Shown piece by piece: positions 51,424 to 64,000 of a stretch of DNA of 64,000 nt (the first letter of the stretch is position 1; every line of letters begins with the position of its first letter). Source of the stretch: Bigelowiella natans CCMP2755 (Eukaryota; Protista; Cercozoa). Under the pieces are notes generated by a model that saw only the letters and a list, made by a program, of their open reading frames with translations, ran no database searches and was not told the DNA's origin. Where the stretch lies: NCBI GenBank assembly GCA_000320545.1, contig ADNK01000559.1:1-64000 (forward strand), given 5' to 3'. Position numbers and translations under genes: made by a program.

Positions 51424-53223
51424 CTAGCGACGATTGCGGAGTTGCTCTAAAAAGTTTAATACTACACTTTCTGTCCATTCAGGACACCATCGTTTTTCAT
51501 TATCGGCAGAATTGGCTTCTACCCAGCCCAGATGCCCCCCATGCTTTGTAGTCACCAGCATGAGATCATCGTTCGAAATAATCTGTGATTCGGGAATGCC
51601 TCCATCCGGAATAAGTGGATCATCCAGGGCTGAAATCATTATAGTTGGGATCTGAATATCTGCCAATCTTTGCTCACTTGAGGAGTCTGCATAATATGCG
51701 TCCACAGTTGGGTACTCAAAGCTCTTTATCGTCAATTCTGCATCAATCTCACGCACTGTCCTTGCATTTAGCAGTTTTTCCAAGTCCAGGTCGATGGGTT
51801 TCCCTGAGATTGACACTGGCTGCATTTTCTGAAACACCTCGGTATTTTCACGTATCTTGCTGATGAGCTTTCTTGTCAAGGCCCGGTCGTAAACAAGTTT
51901 CGAAAACGGACGTCGGAAACCACGATCTGCAGCCGGCATGTCGAAGGGGCAACACAGAGTGGCTGCAAGATCGATACGATGGGCTGGGCCGTAAGAAGCA
52001 TCAGTTTCTTGCAACGCTGCATAGTTGTTGACAATAGTTGCTCCATTGCTCCACCCGCCAGCGGCTACAACCATTGGCTCTGAGGAATCTTCATCTCGGA
52101 GATAGGTGCGCATGTATGAAACCGCTTGTCGCATGTCGTCAACTGATCCGCGCATAGCCGAGAAGAATCTTGGAGAAGTTATCGGACTGTTTCCGCAACC
52201 TCGCATATTGAGCACCGCAACGTTCCAACCCCTGTTCGCTGCAGATGCACACATGCTTTGAACGTAGCTGTCCTCGCTGATGGTAAGTGCATCAAATTAA
52301 CCGATTTAATTATTTATCCGTAAAATGCATAGATATTAACAGAAAGAGCATTAGGTATCAGCTGTTGCGAAACAAATTCCTCGGTGTGACTCCAATAAAA
52401 TATGAATTTATTATGAAAAATGTCGGACCTTCCTCCTCCTAGCCCAGATACGAGTAGTAGCCATTGATTCGGATTTTGTTCAGTCCGTCGTTCTGGAATA
52501 CAATCCTCACAAACCGGCCACTCTCTCAGTATATCAAGAGCCAAACGTCCGTCGTCAGCTGTTTTTAACAGGACTCGTTCGAACCTAGATTTCGAATGCA
52601 CTCTGTAAGTGTGGAGAGCAGCGGTGGTTGAACACAATGAACTCTAATGAAATTAGATTACCGAACACATGGTGCCTTCCGTGCTGTAGAAGCGAAGATA
52701 GTGTGTAGGTGGGAGTTTTCCAACCATTTTGGCGATCTATACCAGTTTTCGTAGGACAGAAGTTCTGGGATGTTCTCTGCAACCCTGATTTGAATCTTAC
52801 ATGAGAGTACATTCTGACTAGTTTGATATATCTAAATTTTGGTTATTAATTTACCCCAGGAGTTTTGACGATGGAGAGCATATAATACCTTCCGATTTCG
52901 GATCGATAGTCATCTGGAGAAGCCGTATCATTGTATCATCGAATGACAGATGGCTTTCTCAGGCAAATGATATATCTTACTGTGTTGATGGGATGTATGG
53001 AGCTCCGTAATGCAAATTTATCGCGGGAGGCACGATGAATAAGACGCTGAGTCCAACAGTGGGGATGAAAATTCGACCGCAGTGATTGGGGCGATCGTGT
53101 CAGCATCTCCCCCTTCTCGAGAACACTTAATGCAGAGAGTAAAGCGAGGACTAGGAGGCCAGCGACTTTAAGATAACGTCCGTTTAGAACTCCAAAGACA
53201 CCATCCTTATTGGTCAGGGTCAT
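51424..53223 (-). CDS. ABHD1/2/3 (YheT/EMB8-like) alpha/beta hydrolase with an N-terminal targeting leader
   Basis: YRSPKWLENSHLHTIF, FERVLLKTADDGRLALD, LLVSGLGGG, VAVLNMRGCG, nucleophile GWSNG, catalytic Asp SALDDP, catalytic His HGGHLGW. Confidence 0.92.
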
Positions 53224-53927
53224 TTCAGGATCGGGGCAAGGTGACAGACGACGTGGCCCTCGCCCGTCTTATGAACTCGGACGGAGGAATTAGTTAGGGT
53301 TTGAGAAGGGCAATGACGCACCGGATCATGCCGTTTTCCAGTGGATATCAACCCATTTGACGTGTCACATGTGAACAACGGCTTATAATTTATAAAGGCG
53401 ACAACATATCAATTCTCTCATTGAGAAATATAATAATTGGATAAATTCGGCCTGCGGTAGGGGCGCTTTTTTAATTATTGCTTCTGAGCTCCGACAAGAT
53501 TCATTTGGGATCCGAAATTTTTCCTAGATCTACTACATGTAGGGGTATGAAAAGGCGTTTTCCAAAAAATGACGTTCGCTTCCAAGTAGAAGTAGTTCTA
53601 TTTTTAGACTGCGACAGCGACATCCAAGTACATTGTCAGATCGAAAAATGATCCACTTAGAACCGAATTCTGTAAAATCACATGGAATCACATAATGAAA
53701 TGCCGCATGATTGTTGTCGCAACTCTCGATTATCCTTTCTCCTTCGATAAGAATCGTAATGGGATATTATTGTCATCATTGATTTTTCCTCCTTCCCCCA
53801 CAGACTCCCACAGTGGGACAGCGCGCTTTGAGCATCAACTCAAGCCATCATCCATTGACCTCATTGTTTTGACCCTTTTGTCTGTTGTTCGAGACAGCAA
53901 ATCTAACACAAGATTCAAGTTCATCCC
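53224..53927. promoter_or_regulatory. Divergent promoter region between the ABHD and vWA genes
   Basis: Head-to-head starts. Contains a telo-box-like TTAGGGTTT (~53294) and TGACGTGTCACATGTG (~53358). Motif function is inferred only. Confidence 0.4.
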
Positions 53928-54914
53928 ATGACCACCCCAAAGACCCATGTTTACGGTCAGCAACCGTCAAGCTCCAACAACCCTCCTGTAGTAACAGCAG
54001 CAGTTGTAACGGACAAGAAAGTTGACGACACCCCCTTGCTGTACGATGCCCCAGCTTTGTATTACCCTGATGGTAAAGACACGAAACAGTTACCATTCGA
54101 ATCCCTTGATGTGGAAGGGGAGTTCTACATTGCGCAGGTACTCTTGTTGCAAAATCCATGTAACATTTACTTGAATGGTTCGACGATTTCACTCTTCTTA
54201 CTACCCCCCCCCCCCCCGCGCCCCGCCAACAGGCATTTCTTACGTACACCTTCAAGTTCAGAAATACCTCCAAAAAGAAGCTCACTGGACTTTTCGCATT
54301 CCCTACGGAAGGGACCGTCACTCACTTCGTGAGAATCTCTAACTGCTTCACTCTCACTTCACTCTTTGCTGAGAATAATTAACGAACACGCACACGCACA
54401 CGCACACGCACACATGCACTCACGCTACCAGGAGGCTGTGTTCCCAGACGGGCGAGTAATCGACACGGCTGTGATTTCTAAGGTTGAGAAGGGCTCCATG
54501 TTTTTGCTTGCAACTTTTAAACTACAGTACTTGAGCAACACCCAACAGATATAATTCTGATGTTGTTTTAGGACGACATGAAAAACATGAAGCAACAAAA
54601 AGCAAAGGGACAGAAGGAAAGCCAACAGTTAGCCCAACTTGCCGAGGGGGTATCGCCAGCAACTACCATCCAACGCCTCTCCTTATGATAATACTCTCAA
54701 TAATTTTCTCACCCTTGCAATTACGAGTCAGTGATTCACATGCAGCATGCCTTGCTGTCTCACCACCACAGGTTCCAGACCTCTTCCGTGTCCCAGTACA
54801 AGGGATAAAGAAGAACGACACGGTCATTGAGAATATAAGTGTTTCTAGACGCAGCAGCTGAAGCAATATTTGTTTCAATGTTGCAAACATTGCCTTCATT
54901 GTCGGACCATCACG

Positions 54915-54948
<34 letters not shown>

Positions 54949-55138
54949 CCATCGTTTTCCCCACAGATAACAATCACTGTGAGGATTTTGGAGACCTGCG
55001 AGTTGCGACCCGACCAGAGATACCACCTTGATCTAAAGTAGTAGGAGTAGCGAATAGTAGAGGATGGTGATTGGAAACAATGGGAGGGGGGGGGGGACAG
55101 GGTTTTGTTTGAATTCTAGACTGTTAACATGCGGTGGT

Positions 55139-55178
<40 letters not shown>

Positions 55179-57032
55179 TAAGTGTGTGTATGTGTGTGTG
55201 CCCTATCCCCGCTCCTCATCATCGAGTACCACCTTCCTTGTTTTCATCGTTGCCATCATCATCATCACCATCATTCATCATCATCATCAGCAGCAGCAGC
55301 AGTAGTCGTAGTAGCAGTAGTAGCAGCAGCATCTCCATTCTTATTATTATTGTTTATTTTTGTCAGCACCAAGTTCCCCCCCGGAATCGCTGAGGGCACC
55401 ATCAGTGTACAGTTCCAGATTCACACCGGCTTCCCGCGCGAGTTGAACTACTATTCTGACACTCACCTCATCACCAAGCGAGATAGCGCAAATGGTGCCG
55501 CACACTTCCTTAGTCTCACGCCCAAAAACGTCGACCCTAGCCCCATTCGGTTCTCGTACTTCATGCCGTCAACGGAGATCATGGGAGCTTTGATTCAACA
55601 AGACGGAATTATCAATGCGTGGGATCCACGAGGCAGCTTCATGCTTTTCCTCACTCCCCCTTCCCATACCGTTCCACCATTTCCAAAGGACGTCATCTTC
55701 TTGGTATCTATTCTTCCTCTCTCACCTTCTTGCCACGAGCACTCAGTTCTTTTTTTGGTGATGTGCAGCTGCATAAATCTACAACGCGCTTCTTTTGGGG
55801 TGTATGCTGTGTGTGTGTGTGTGTGAGAGAGTGTGTGTGTGTGCGTGTGTGCCACATACACACATTGTAGCTCATTCTCTTCTTCATTCGCTGCCTTCCC
55901 CCCCTTCCCCCCCCTCCTCCTCCTCCTCCTCCTTGGTTCTCTAATTCCTAGGTGGACAGATCCGGTTCGATGGACGGAGAGCCATTCAAGTTGGCTACGG
56001 AGGCACTTTCAAGTGCGATGAGCATGCTAAACCCGCAAACTGACACCTTTTCTCTGGTCATGTACGACCACGAATTCAAGCAATCAATGGCCTCGAACGG
56101 CATGCTACAGCCTGCGACACCCCAGAATGTGACATCTGCGATTAATTACATGAAGCAGAATGGACCTAGGGGGGGGACGAACATCGAGGTGCGCGTCTGT
56201 GCTCGTGTGCTGCTTTTGCGCCTCGCATGCTGCCCTTGTGGGTGTGTTGATACGTAGAAGTACCATTATCATGGCAACGTCGTTTATCGACTACTACTAT
56301 CGTCGGTGCTATCTTTCCTCCTCCTGCTGGCCTGACCTCGCCTTTTTGTGTCTTGATGGTGCGTCGTTCCCGCCTTGCTCACCTACCTTGTTTGTTGTAC
56401 ACACACAATTTGCAGGCCCCGTTAATGTGGTCTTTGAACACGCTGGGAAGAGCTTCCAAGGAAGCTCCTCAGAGAGTGTCGCTCAAATCCGTGGTTCTTA
56501 TCACAGACGGTTGCGTCGCTAACGAGAAGAAGATGGCTAACGATGTACAGAGGTAAGTTACGTTGGTGGTGGTGGAAAGGACGATGATTAGTGCCATCTA
56601 TTGTAGTAGCAGTGCCATTGTGGACGTGATAGTAATATTATTATCGTTGGCAGGAGGAGGAGTAGCAGCAGTAGTAGTACTATTATTATTCTTATCTTTT
56701 TTCTAATTAGCATGCGCATGATAGAGCACAACGATCATCGTATCGATATACATCGTACCATCATATATTTTAATTTTGCTTCTCCTCCTCCTCCTCCTCC
56801 TCCTCCTCCTCCTCCCATCTTCCTCTTCCTCATCATCTTCCAGACTGATGCAAGATCCCGATTCCCGTTACACGCGCATTCATACGATCGGCCTTGGGCA
56901 GTACTGCAACCACCAGTTCCTCAAGATGCTTTCCCTCGTCGGGCGTGGCTTCAATGAGAACATCATCAATATCTCGCAAGAAGGCATTGTCGCGCGTCGC
57001 ACGTAAGTTTGCCTGCATGTTAATGCGTAATC

Positions 57033-57071
<39 letters not shown>

Positions 57072-57293
57072 AATATATATCTGAGCCGCGTATTCCTATC
57101 ACTCTCTGTTCTTCATCTTCTTCTTGTTTATCTTTTTCGCAGGATGCGACTGATGCACTCCATGGCCAACCCCGTGCTATCAAACATTACCCTTGCAATG
57201 GCGGCGGAGGGCGTTGAGCTGTGAGTAAACCAGCACCGAGCTACTTACTAACATCACAAACCTTACGCAAGAAGAAACCCAATATTACATACT

Positions 57294-57333
<40 letters not shown>

Positions 57334-58172
57334 AATTGGAAGACCATAACCAGTAATATCATCAGCATCATCACGTCGCCACCACCACCACCACCACCAT
57401 CATAATCACATGAATCATCATCGCCATCATCATTACTATGGTTACGATAAGACACTGATGGTGGATCGCATCGCACCTCCCCCCCCCCGTCGTCTAGATA
57501 CCCTTTCCCCATCCCGGATCTGTTCAAGGGGGCGCCATTCGTGGTCGCTGGCAAGTACACTGGCACGTTTCCCGAGAGCATCACGGTCCAAGGCTTCCTA
57601 CCGGACGGAAAAGAATGGAAGAAGACAATCATCACCACGAAAGCTCAGGCCATTCCAGTGGAGCGTGTGTTCTCAAAAGCACGTAATGATAAAGCAGCAG
57701 TTAGCAGCCCCTGACTCCTCCCCCTCCCCTTCCCCTGCTGCTGGCACAATGATGCATCAATCAATCAATCAATCAATCAATCAGTGTCCCGATTTACATA
57801 TATCTATATCCTTATTTGCTCGGAGATTATCAGCTTCTTTTTTAAATTAATTTGCTGGCGAATGTGGGCGAAGTTCCCGCTGCACATTTCCTCCCCCCTC
57901 CCCCCCCCCTCATACCCCTCTTAATCTCTTATCTGACGATCTGCGTGCGTGATAGGTATTGATGACTTGACGGCGAAGTACTGGCTAACAGATGACGAGA
58001 AGATTCGGGAGCAAATCATTGAGCTCTCTGTGCAAGAAAGCATGCCCTCAGCGTACACCACGGTACACTGCATCTCATCTAATATTACCATCAGTCCCAA
58101 CAGCAGCACGCACCACCACGCCCATTATCATCAGCCACCAGCCACTACATTGTTGACTTCTATCTGCATTGA

Positions 58173-58217
<45 letters not shown>

Positions 58218-58449
58218 AACCCCTCCTCCTCCTCCTCCTCCTCCTCCTCCTCCTCCTCCCTCCTTCCTATCTTTAACGCCCTTGTTCCTGGCCAAGGTGG
58301 TTGCATACGAGACGACGGTGGATAAACGCGACAAGGAAGAGAAGGAGCGAAAGCAGAAGAAGAACAAGTCACCATCTGCAGGGAAGGCTGCTATGATAGG
58401 GGCTCTGGCAGTAGGAGGCGTCCTTGCCATAGGTATATTGCACATAATA

Positions 58450-58493
<44 letters not shown>

Positions 58494-58512
58494 TACGTAT
58501 AATAATATTAGT

Positions 58513-58571
<59 letters not shown>

Positions 58572-58997
58572 TCATATTTTGATTATGCTCTTCCTGCTAG
58601 GTGCCGGGGTCTATCTCCTCGGAGGATCAGGCGCAATCAACGCTACCGCGCAAGGAGTCGGTCATGCCAGTACCGCTGCTGCAAACGGTATGAGTAGTAA
58701 GTAGGTGTGACGATAACCAATAAGACGGCATTAAAGAAGCACAATATTGACTATAATAGCCCCGTCCTCTACCTCCTTCCCCGCCATCGTCAAATAACTC
58801 TTCTCCCGCTCGTGCAGCAATTGGAGATCTTTTCGGCAAAGCGGGCGACTGTTGCGGCGGTTGTTGCCACGGTTTGTTTCAGTCATTCGATCCTCTCTGC
58901 GGAAGCCTTGAGCCGGTACTTTCCATGACGTATGTATGCATGTATGTATGTTTTGTATGCATGCATGTATGTATTGTGTGCATGCGCGCGCGAGAGA

Positions 58998-59031
<34 letters not shown>

Positions 59032-59699
59032 TGATGTTATGGTAATAAAGAACCAGCGGTGACGTTGTGGAGACTACTACTACCTTACAATGTGATTGAT
59101 TGTTGTAGGTATGTGGCAGCTGTGGAGAAGTACTTGAATGCTGCAATGACATCCCATGCGGCTCTTGCGGAGACATCTTTGGCAATGTTTGCGACAGCTG
59201 CTTGCAACCGATCGGAAACAGCTGCGGCCCCGTGCTCTCAGGGTAGCGTATATTGTGGTAGGAGGGGAAGGGCGGGTGAGAGTTAGAATCCAAAAGACTC
59301 GCCAGCATTGAGAAAACGCACACGTTTGCCAGGTGCTGTGGAGAAGTGTGCGGCGTGGCCGGGCAGGTGACTGGGAGCTGCGGGGACATCATCAAGTGTT
59401 TCAACCCAGATTCGCTCGTTGACATCTTGCAGTCGTGCGGTTCCATCACCAGCTTGGGCGATCTGTGTCAAAACGGAATCGGTTCTCTGGGGGATGTTTG
59501 CGGCTCGGCGGGGGATCTGTGCAACAACCTCGGCTCCTTGGGCGATGTTTGCGGCTCCCTTGGGAATCTGAAACTCGACAGCTTGGGTGACATCTGCGAC
59601 AACTGCGGCAGCCTTTTTGACATCTGCAAAGATGTGGACTTTTCCTCTTGTGCGGAGATATGCGAGGGGATTTGCGAGGCCGTCACTAAGATCAAGTAA
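53928..59699 (+). CDS. VIT-like + vWA domain protein (ITIH/VWA5A-related) with a Gly-rich hydrophobic segment and Cys-rich repeat tail
   Basis: MIDAS VIFL|VDRSGSM, GGTNI, LITDG, RIHTIGLGQYCNHQFLKMLS, NPVLSNI, YPFPIPDLFKGAPFVVAGKY, SAYTT|VVAYET. Tail CCGGCC...(GSLGDxC)n...EAVTKIK* with stop at 59697-59699. Confidence 0.92.
54910..59030. repeat. Microsatellite-dense introns of the vWA gene
   Basis: (CAT)n, (GT)n, (CCT)n, (TA)n, (CT)n and (ATCA)n runs in most introns. Confidence 0.95.
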
Positions 59700-60096
59700 G
59701 TAGCAGCAAGGAACGACCGTAGCCCAGTGCACTCGCTCTCTCCTTTTTGATTGAGACTCACGATGCTCTAACGATCCCTCCCTTCATGTCATTGGTTTTC
59801 CCTTGGTTATTACTCTGTTTGGGGTCATTGTGATTGGCATGTTTGGCTAATGACGGCTCAGATTTTAACCGTGACGCAATTCTACGACTACTGTATTGAC
59901 ATAATAAATTTTGATTTTGCTGTTATTTGAACACATGCGTCTGGTCACTTTAGACACAATGGCTTGTGTAATATATAGTAAAAATAGACAAGATATATAT
60001 TGTGTAAACTGTGTCTATTGTGGTCTTCAACGTATACAAATTGCAAGTGGGCCTTTGTAGATCACACAATTGATGCTGCGTCATAAAAATGATGGT

Positions 60097-60130
<34 letters not shown>

Positions 60131-61056
60131 TCAAGGATGAGATGATCATAAAGACTTGGCAAACTCTTTTATTATTGTATGCTATGCACGCCCTTAATCG
60201 ATGCGACCATTCTAGCTATCCGTTTCCTGCTATTCCACCCATAATATATGCGCATGCTCATTGTCGCATTTACAAGCTAGCTAGGTTGTTGCCTGTACAC
60301 CGCTTGCTAATTGCGTCGATCGTGTACATTACGCTCTTTAAAATGGCTGCTAGCATGAGCTGTACGTACATATGCTAGAAGGTTGTTTTTGTTACATACT
60401 ACTATAACCATGCAATATGTGACAGCACCGCAACATCCAAGCATGTCTGCACGTCTGCTCTAGTAATTTGGCAATTATAGACCATAAGTGCTATGCATGT
60501 ACTGATCGATGAGCAACCTTCAACTGCGTCGATCGATAATGCCACATGCATGCAGTGCGCAAGGCGGTGAAAAATATGTCAACAAATAGGACAACGTAGT
60601 CGATATTTATTTAGTCGATCAGCATGCATGCTGCATATAGTTGATCATGACATGTCTATTCACAGCTGCTGCTAGTGCTGCACCACATACACGCGCTAGC
60701 ATGATTTGCGATGTACGCTAGTGTGTTGTGCGTGCAATGATCGATGAAGCTTGCGCCGCCATGCATGCACATCGAGCACACTTATTATAGACACGTTGTT
60801 CGACATGACATGCGCGCACATAACACACAGGCTATAGCAGCGCCATAGCATGCTAGCTAGCTAGCAGCATGCATGTATGTATGCACATATGACCATGCGC
60901 ACCTGCTATCATATAGATATGTTTTTTTAAATTATGGTGCGCCATACTTTCTCGTAGCTATTTATTTTTTTATACCCGTGGTGTATTAGTATATTAGGTT
61001 TACACTAGTTCGCTGACAGCCGCTATCCGTGTATATATGCAACGCAATGCTCGCAG

Positions 61057-62318
61057 CTATCTGGCTAAAGAGATCTGGAAGACATAAACCGTTGATGTCA
61101 ACGCCGTGAAAACATGAACTTCCGCCCTTTGATTGACCGCCAGACAGTATGTTTTGGTACTAGTCCAGTCTCTCAAGTGCAAAGGCAGGTGTCGAACAGC
61201 CAAAAGTCTGGCTTCTGCCGGATCCGTTACATCCACTACGGCTAGAGCCCCTATCTGAATAAAATGGTTATGCGTGCAATGCAGCTGGTGAAATGTCATC
61301 GTGCAAGGGCTAGAAGCAGGGCTGCTACTACTACCGGCTGCTCGAGAGGCAGGAGTGCCACCTGAACCTCTTTGTCCGATGATGATGATTCTGGTCGAAG
61401 TCTTAACAATTTGACACGGTTGGCCTTCGCTAAAGAATGGGTTGTTGAGCGTGTTAGGAATAACCACAACGCTGATGGAACGAACAGTAGGCACCACTCA
61501 TCAGCAGCACTATCTATCGTGATGGGTAGTGAGTACATACCGGCACGGAGGGATCGAACAGACGAGAGGAGGATGGGCGCCTTGGGGTCGGAGACGTTCA
61601 CTACCGCAAGTCCCCCAACATCACGCCAGTCAGCCATGTACAAAATATCTGCAGGCCCCATTCCTGTGTTGCAACAAGATGCACACTATTTCATCACCGA
61701 AGAAGAAGAAGAAGAAGAAGAAGAAGAAGAAGAAGGGGTGTATGATCAACATCATCATCATCACCATCACCATCATGCCCGCAAGCAATGCTGCACAAAT
61801 CTTCCTCGTACCGAACGGTTCCTTCGGCCATGACGTAGCTACTAGCTGGGCGCCTGACCAGATGAAACACATCATCACACCGTTTTCGAGGTAGAGCATT
61901 GTGACTATCTACATACATATTATTAGAGAGCATAAACACACAGCATATTATACGATATATGATGTACACACACGACCATAATTCGTCCTACTGGCAACAA
62001 CGTGCATGTGGCTAGGGTTGGGCTCGGCGAGTGCCACAACGGCAAGCGCCTTGGAGCTGATTCCTCCAATATAAGCGAAATCGCCAACAATCTACGAACA
62101 TCGTCAGCAAACACACCGAATTCAACAGCAAGGACATCGATAACAAGAGACGAGAAGTAGAGGGAAGGGGAGAGGCAAAGCTAAGTACTCATTTTACGAT
62201 ATCTACTTAGCACACTTCTTCTTCTTCTTGTTCTTCTTCTTCTTCTGACATCACCATCGCTGCTGGACTACTACGACTGCTGCTGCTGCTGCTACTACTA
62301 CTACTACTAGTTACTACA

Positions 62319-62354
<36 letters not shown>

Positions 62355-63669
62355 CACTACTACCATGATTCCTTCAGGTTGGGTCACATTCGTCTCGAGA
62401 ACGAAAATGTCTTCTCTACTGCTGCTGCTGTCGTCATTCCCATCCCCGCCATTTTCGAAGTAGCTCAGCCCAGCTGCAGCTCCAGTGAGATTGACAGCAA
62501 CTACCGCTCCTTGCGCAGAAGTCGCGAATCCTCCCGTGCATAAAGCCCACAGATCGCCCCCTTTTGTTCGTATCATGCACATCCACATCACGTGTTACAC
62601 GTAATGATTAGTAAAGGAAACTACAGAGCTATTCTTACGAGTACAGCGACCCAAAAGATGGGTGTAATCAAGTCGCACCGTTGCTGTTTGTGTTGACTTT
62701 TTTTTGGAAAGGAGCGGGGGGGGTTTCTATGGAAAGCACGAAACAAAGAAGAGGCCGAGTGTGGAGGGGTTGAGGAGCTGCTTTGAAGAATAGCTTACCT
62801 GTGTGCTGGTATAATTTGACGTGAAGAATAGCATCTATTCGAGAAGTAAGGTTCATCGATGCAAATGGCGACAACAAGCCGCCGTAATTCCCATCTGATA
62901 GAAATGAATATCGCGTGAATTGATGCACGGCGAGCAACATCGTACGACACCCTCAAACAAGCACGAAACAGAGAACACACTGCAGAATCCCAGACCTTCT
63001 GGCAAACGGAAGAGATGGAGGTGCGGCCCCCTCTCCAGTGCACCATCAGGACCTCTCCCGAGCTCAGACACAACTAGTAGCTCCCCCATGCGATCCTTAA
63101 CGTGCAGATAATCATCACTTAGGTGATGATAGATGCTACATCTTCGCTCATTAGTATTAAAGACATGGTGTGTCTACCTGACCCTCCACAGTCCAGGGCA
63201 CATCCCACCGTGCGATGATATCGGGGGCTGATTCAGACTCCCCCCCGGTCGAAATGTCAATCACCGTCATACCTGCACAAAGTGGCCGTGTACATACCAG
63301 CAAAAGCACATGTCAGATCCCACATGCATGTGTCACCAATAGCACACAAGACACAAAATCTTCGATGCAACCTCCTCCTCGGCACGTAACAAAGACACGA
63401 TCTGGTTCCTCGGGGTAGCCCCGGGATTCAGCAGCATAGTTGAAGAGCGTTTTGTTCGCGTAGCTGTATTTCAAGGTCACTTCCACTCCCCCCCTCTGCG
63501 ATTGCTCCTCAGACATTTTTCCAGCCTGACCCACAAGGCCACCAGGCCGCTCACTATCTGGATTCACGTACGATCCTCGCTCAGCATCGGTGTATTCCGT
63601 ACTGCTGATAACTTGGAGGGCTGCGATGAGCACCAGACAGGCCCCACGACCACAAGGGGGGGGTGGCAT
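61057..63669 (-). CDS. Secreted LVIVD-repeat (beta-propeller-like) protein, multi-exon
   Basis: Hydrophobic leader ACLVLIAALQVISS. Repeats ILYMADWRDVGGLAVVNVSDPKAPILLS, GALAVVDVTDPAEARLLA and MTVIDIST..APDIIARW match the LVIVD pattern. Stop at 61057. Confidence 0.75.
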
Positions 63670-63967
63670 TGAGGGGATGGTTGTTTCAGAGCAGCTGATT
63701 GATTGAGTGTTGCGGTGGTTATACTCGTCTGTCGTATCTGTTTTTACCTAAATTTTTCCCGTTCTTTCCGTATGTCGCAGGGAAAAAACTGTCTGCAATT
63801 TTTTGTCGTCGTCCGTCATCGAGGGCGGGTCTGGGGGTCGTTGTTTAGTCCAAAATGAATAGGATATATTCGGTATGATTCCACGTTTTTTACTTCTGCA
63901 AACGTTTGTTTAGTCTCCCAGGATCTCTTCTGCGTTCTGCGATAGCTTCCCCTCTCCCCCAGATACG

Positions 63968-64000
63968 ATGCCGACAGGCGATCCAGAGGGCAGCCAGGCC
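63968..64000 (+). CDS. Possible start of the next gene (MPTGDPEGSQA...), truncated by the window
   Basis: ATG at 63968 is open to the window end and faces away from the LVIVD gene, as in other head-to-head pairs here. Confidence 0.3.
   Translation, partial: MPTGDPEGSQA

Overview
Eukaryotic nuclear DNA from an intron-rich protist. A chlorarachniophyte-like alga is my inference from a signal-plus-transit-peptide-like leader and weak splice donors; it is not established. About 13-14 spliced genes sit mostly in alternating head-to-head and tail-to-tail pairs. In order: an unknown + gene (3' end only), a large RA-like/coiled-coil protein, a CREST-family ceramidase-like protein, an HLTF/RAD5-type HIRAN-SNF2-RING helicase, two small unknown genes (one with a recent 443-bp internal duplication), a HExxH metallopeptidase-like gene, a myristoylated EF-hand protein, Vps39/TGFBRAP1, LSM6, an ABHD/YheT hydrolase, a VIT-vWA protein with a Cys-rich tail, and a secreted LVIVD-repeat protein. 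Many introns are packed with ~30-nt microsatellites, and most short ORFs in the track are artefacts of these. The most striking unexplained signal is in two tracts of dead DNA (~31.1-32.6 kb and ~34.2-35.9 kb). There TpA is almost erased while CpG persists, and the surviving TpA is mostly in CTAG/CTA/TAG context. An eIF4A pseudogene and a palindromic mini-element inside these tracts appear to record TA->TG/CA changes, which suggests a localised A:T->G:C hypermutation process opposite in direction to RIP and CpG decay. Also notable are a GCTAGC(TAGC)n motif in every tail-to-tail spacer and an atypical AT-rich tRNA(GAA) with encoded CCA. Exon boundaries were read by eye, and gene-span coordinates are approximate where stated.
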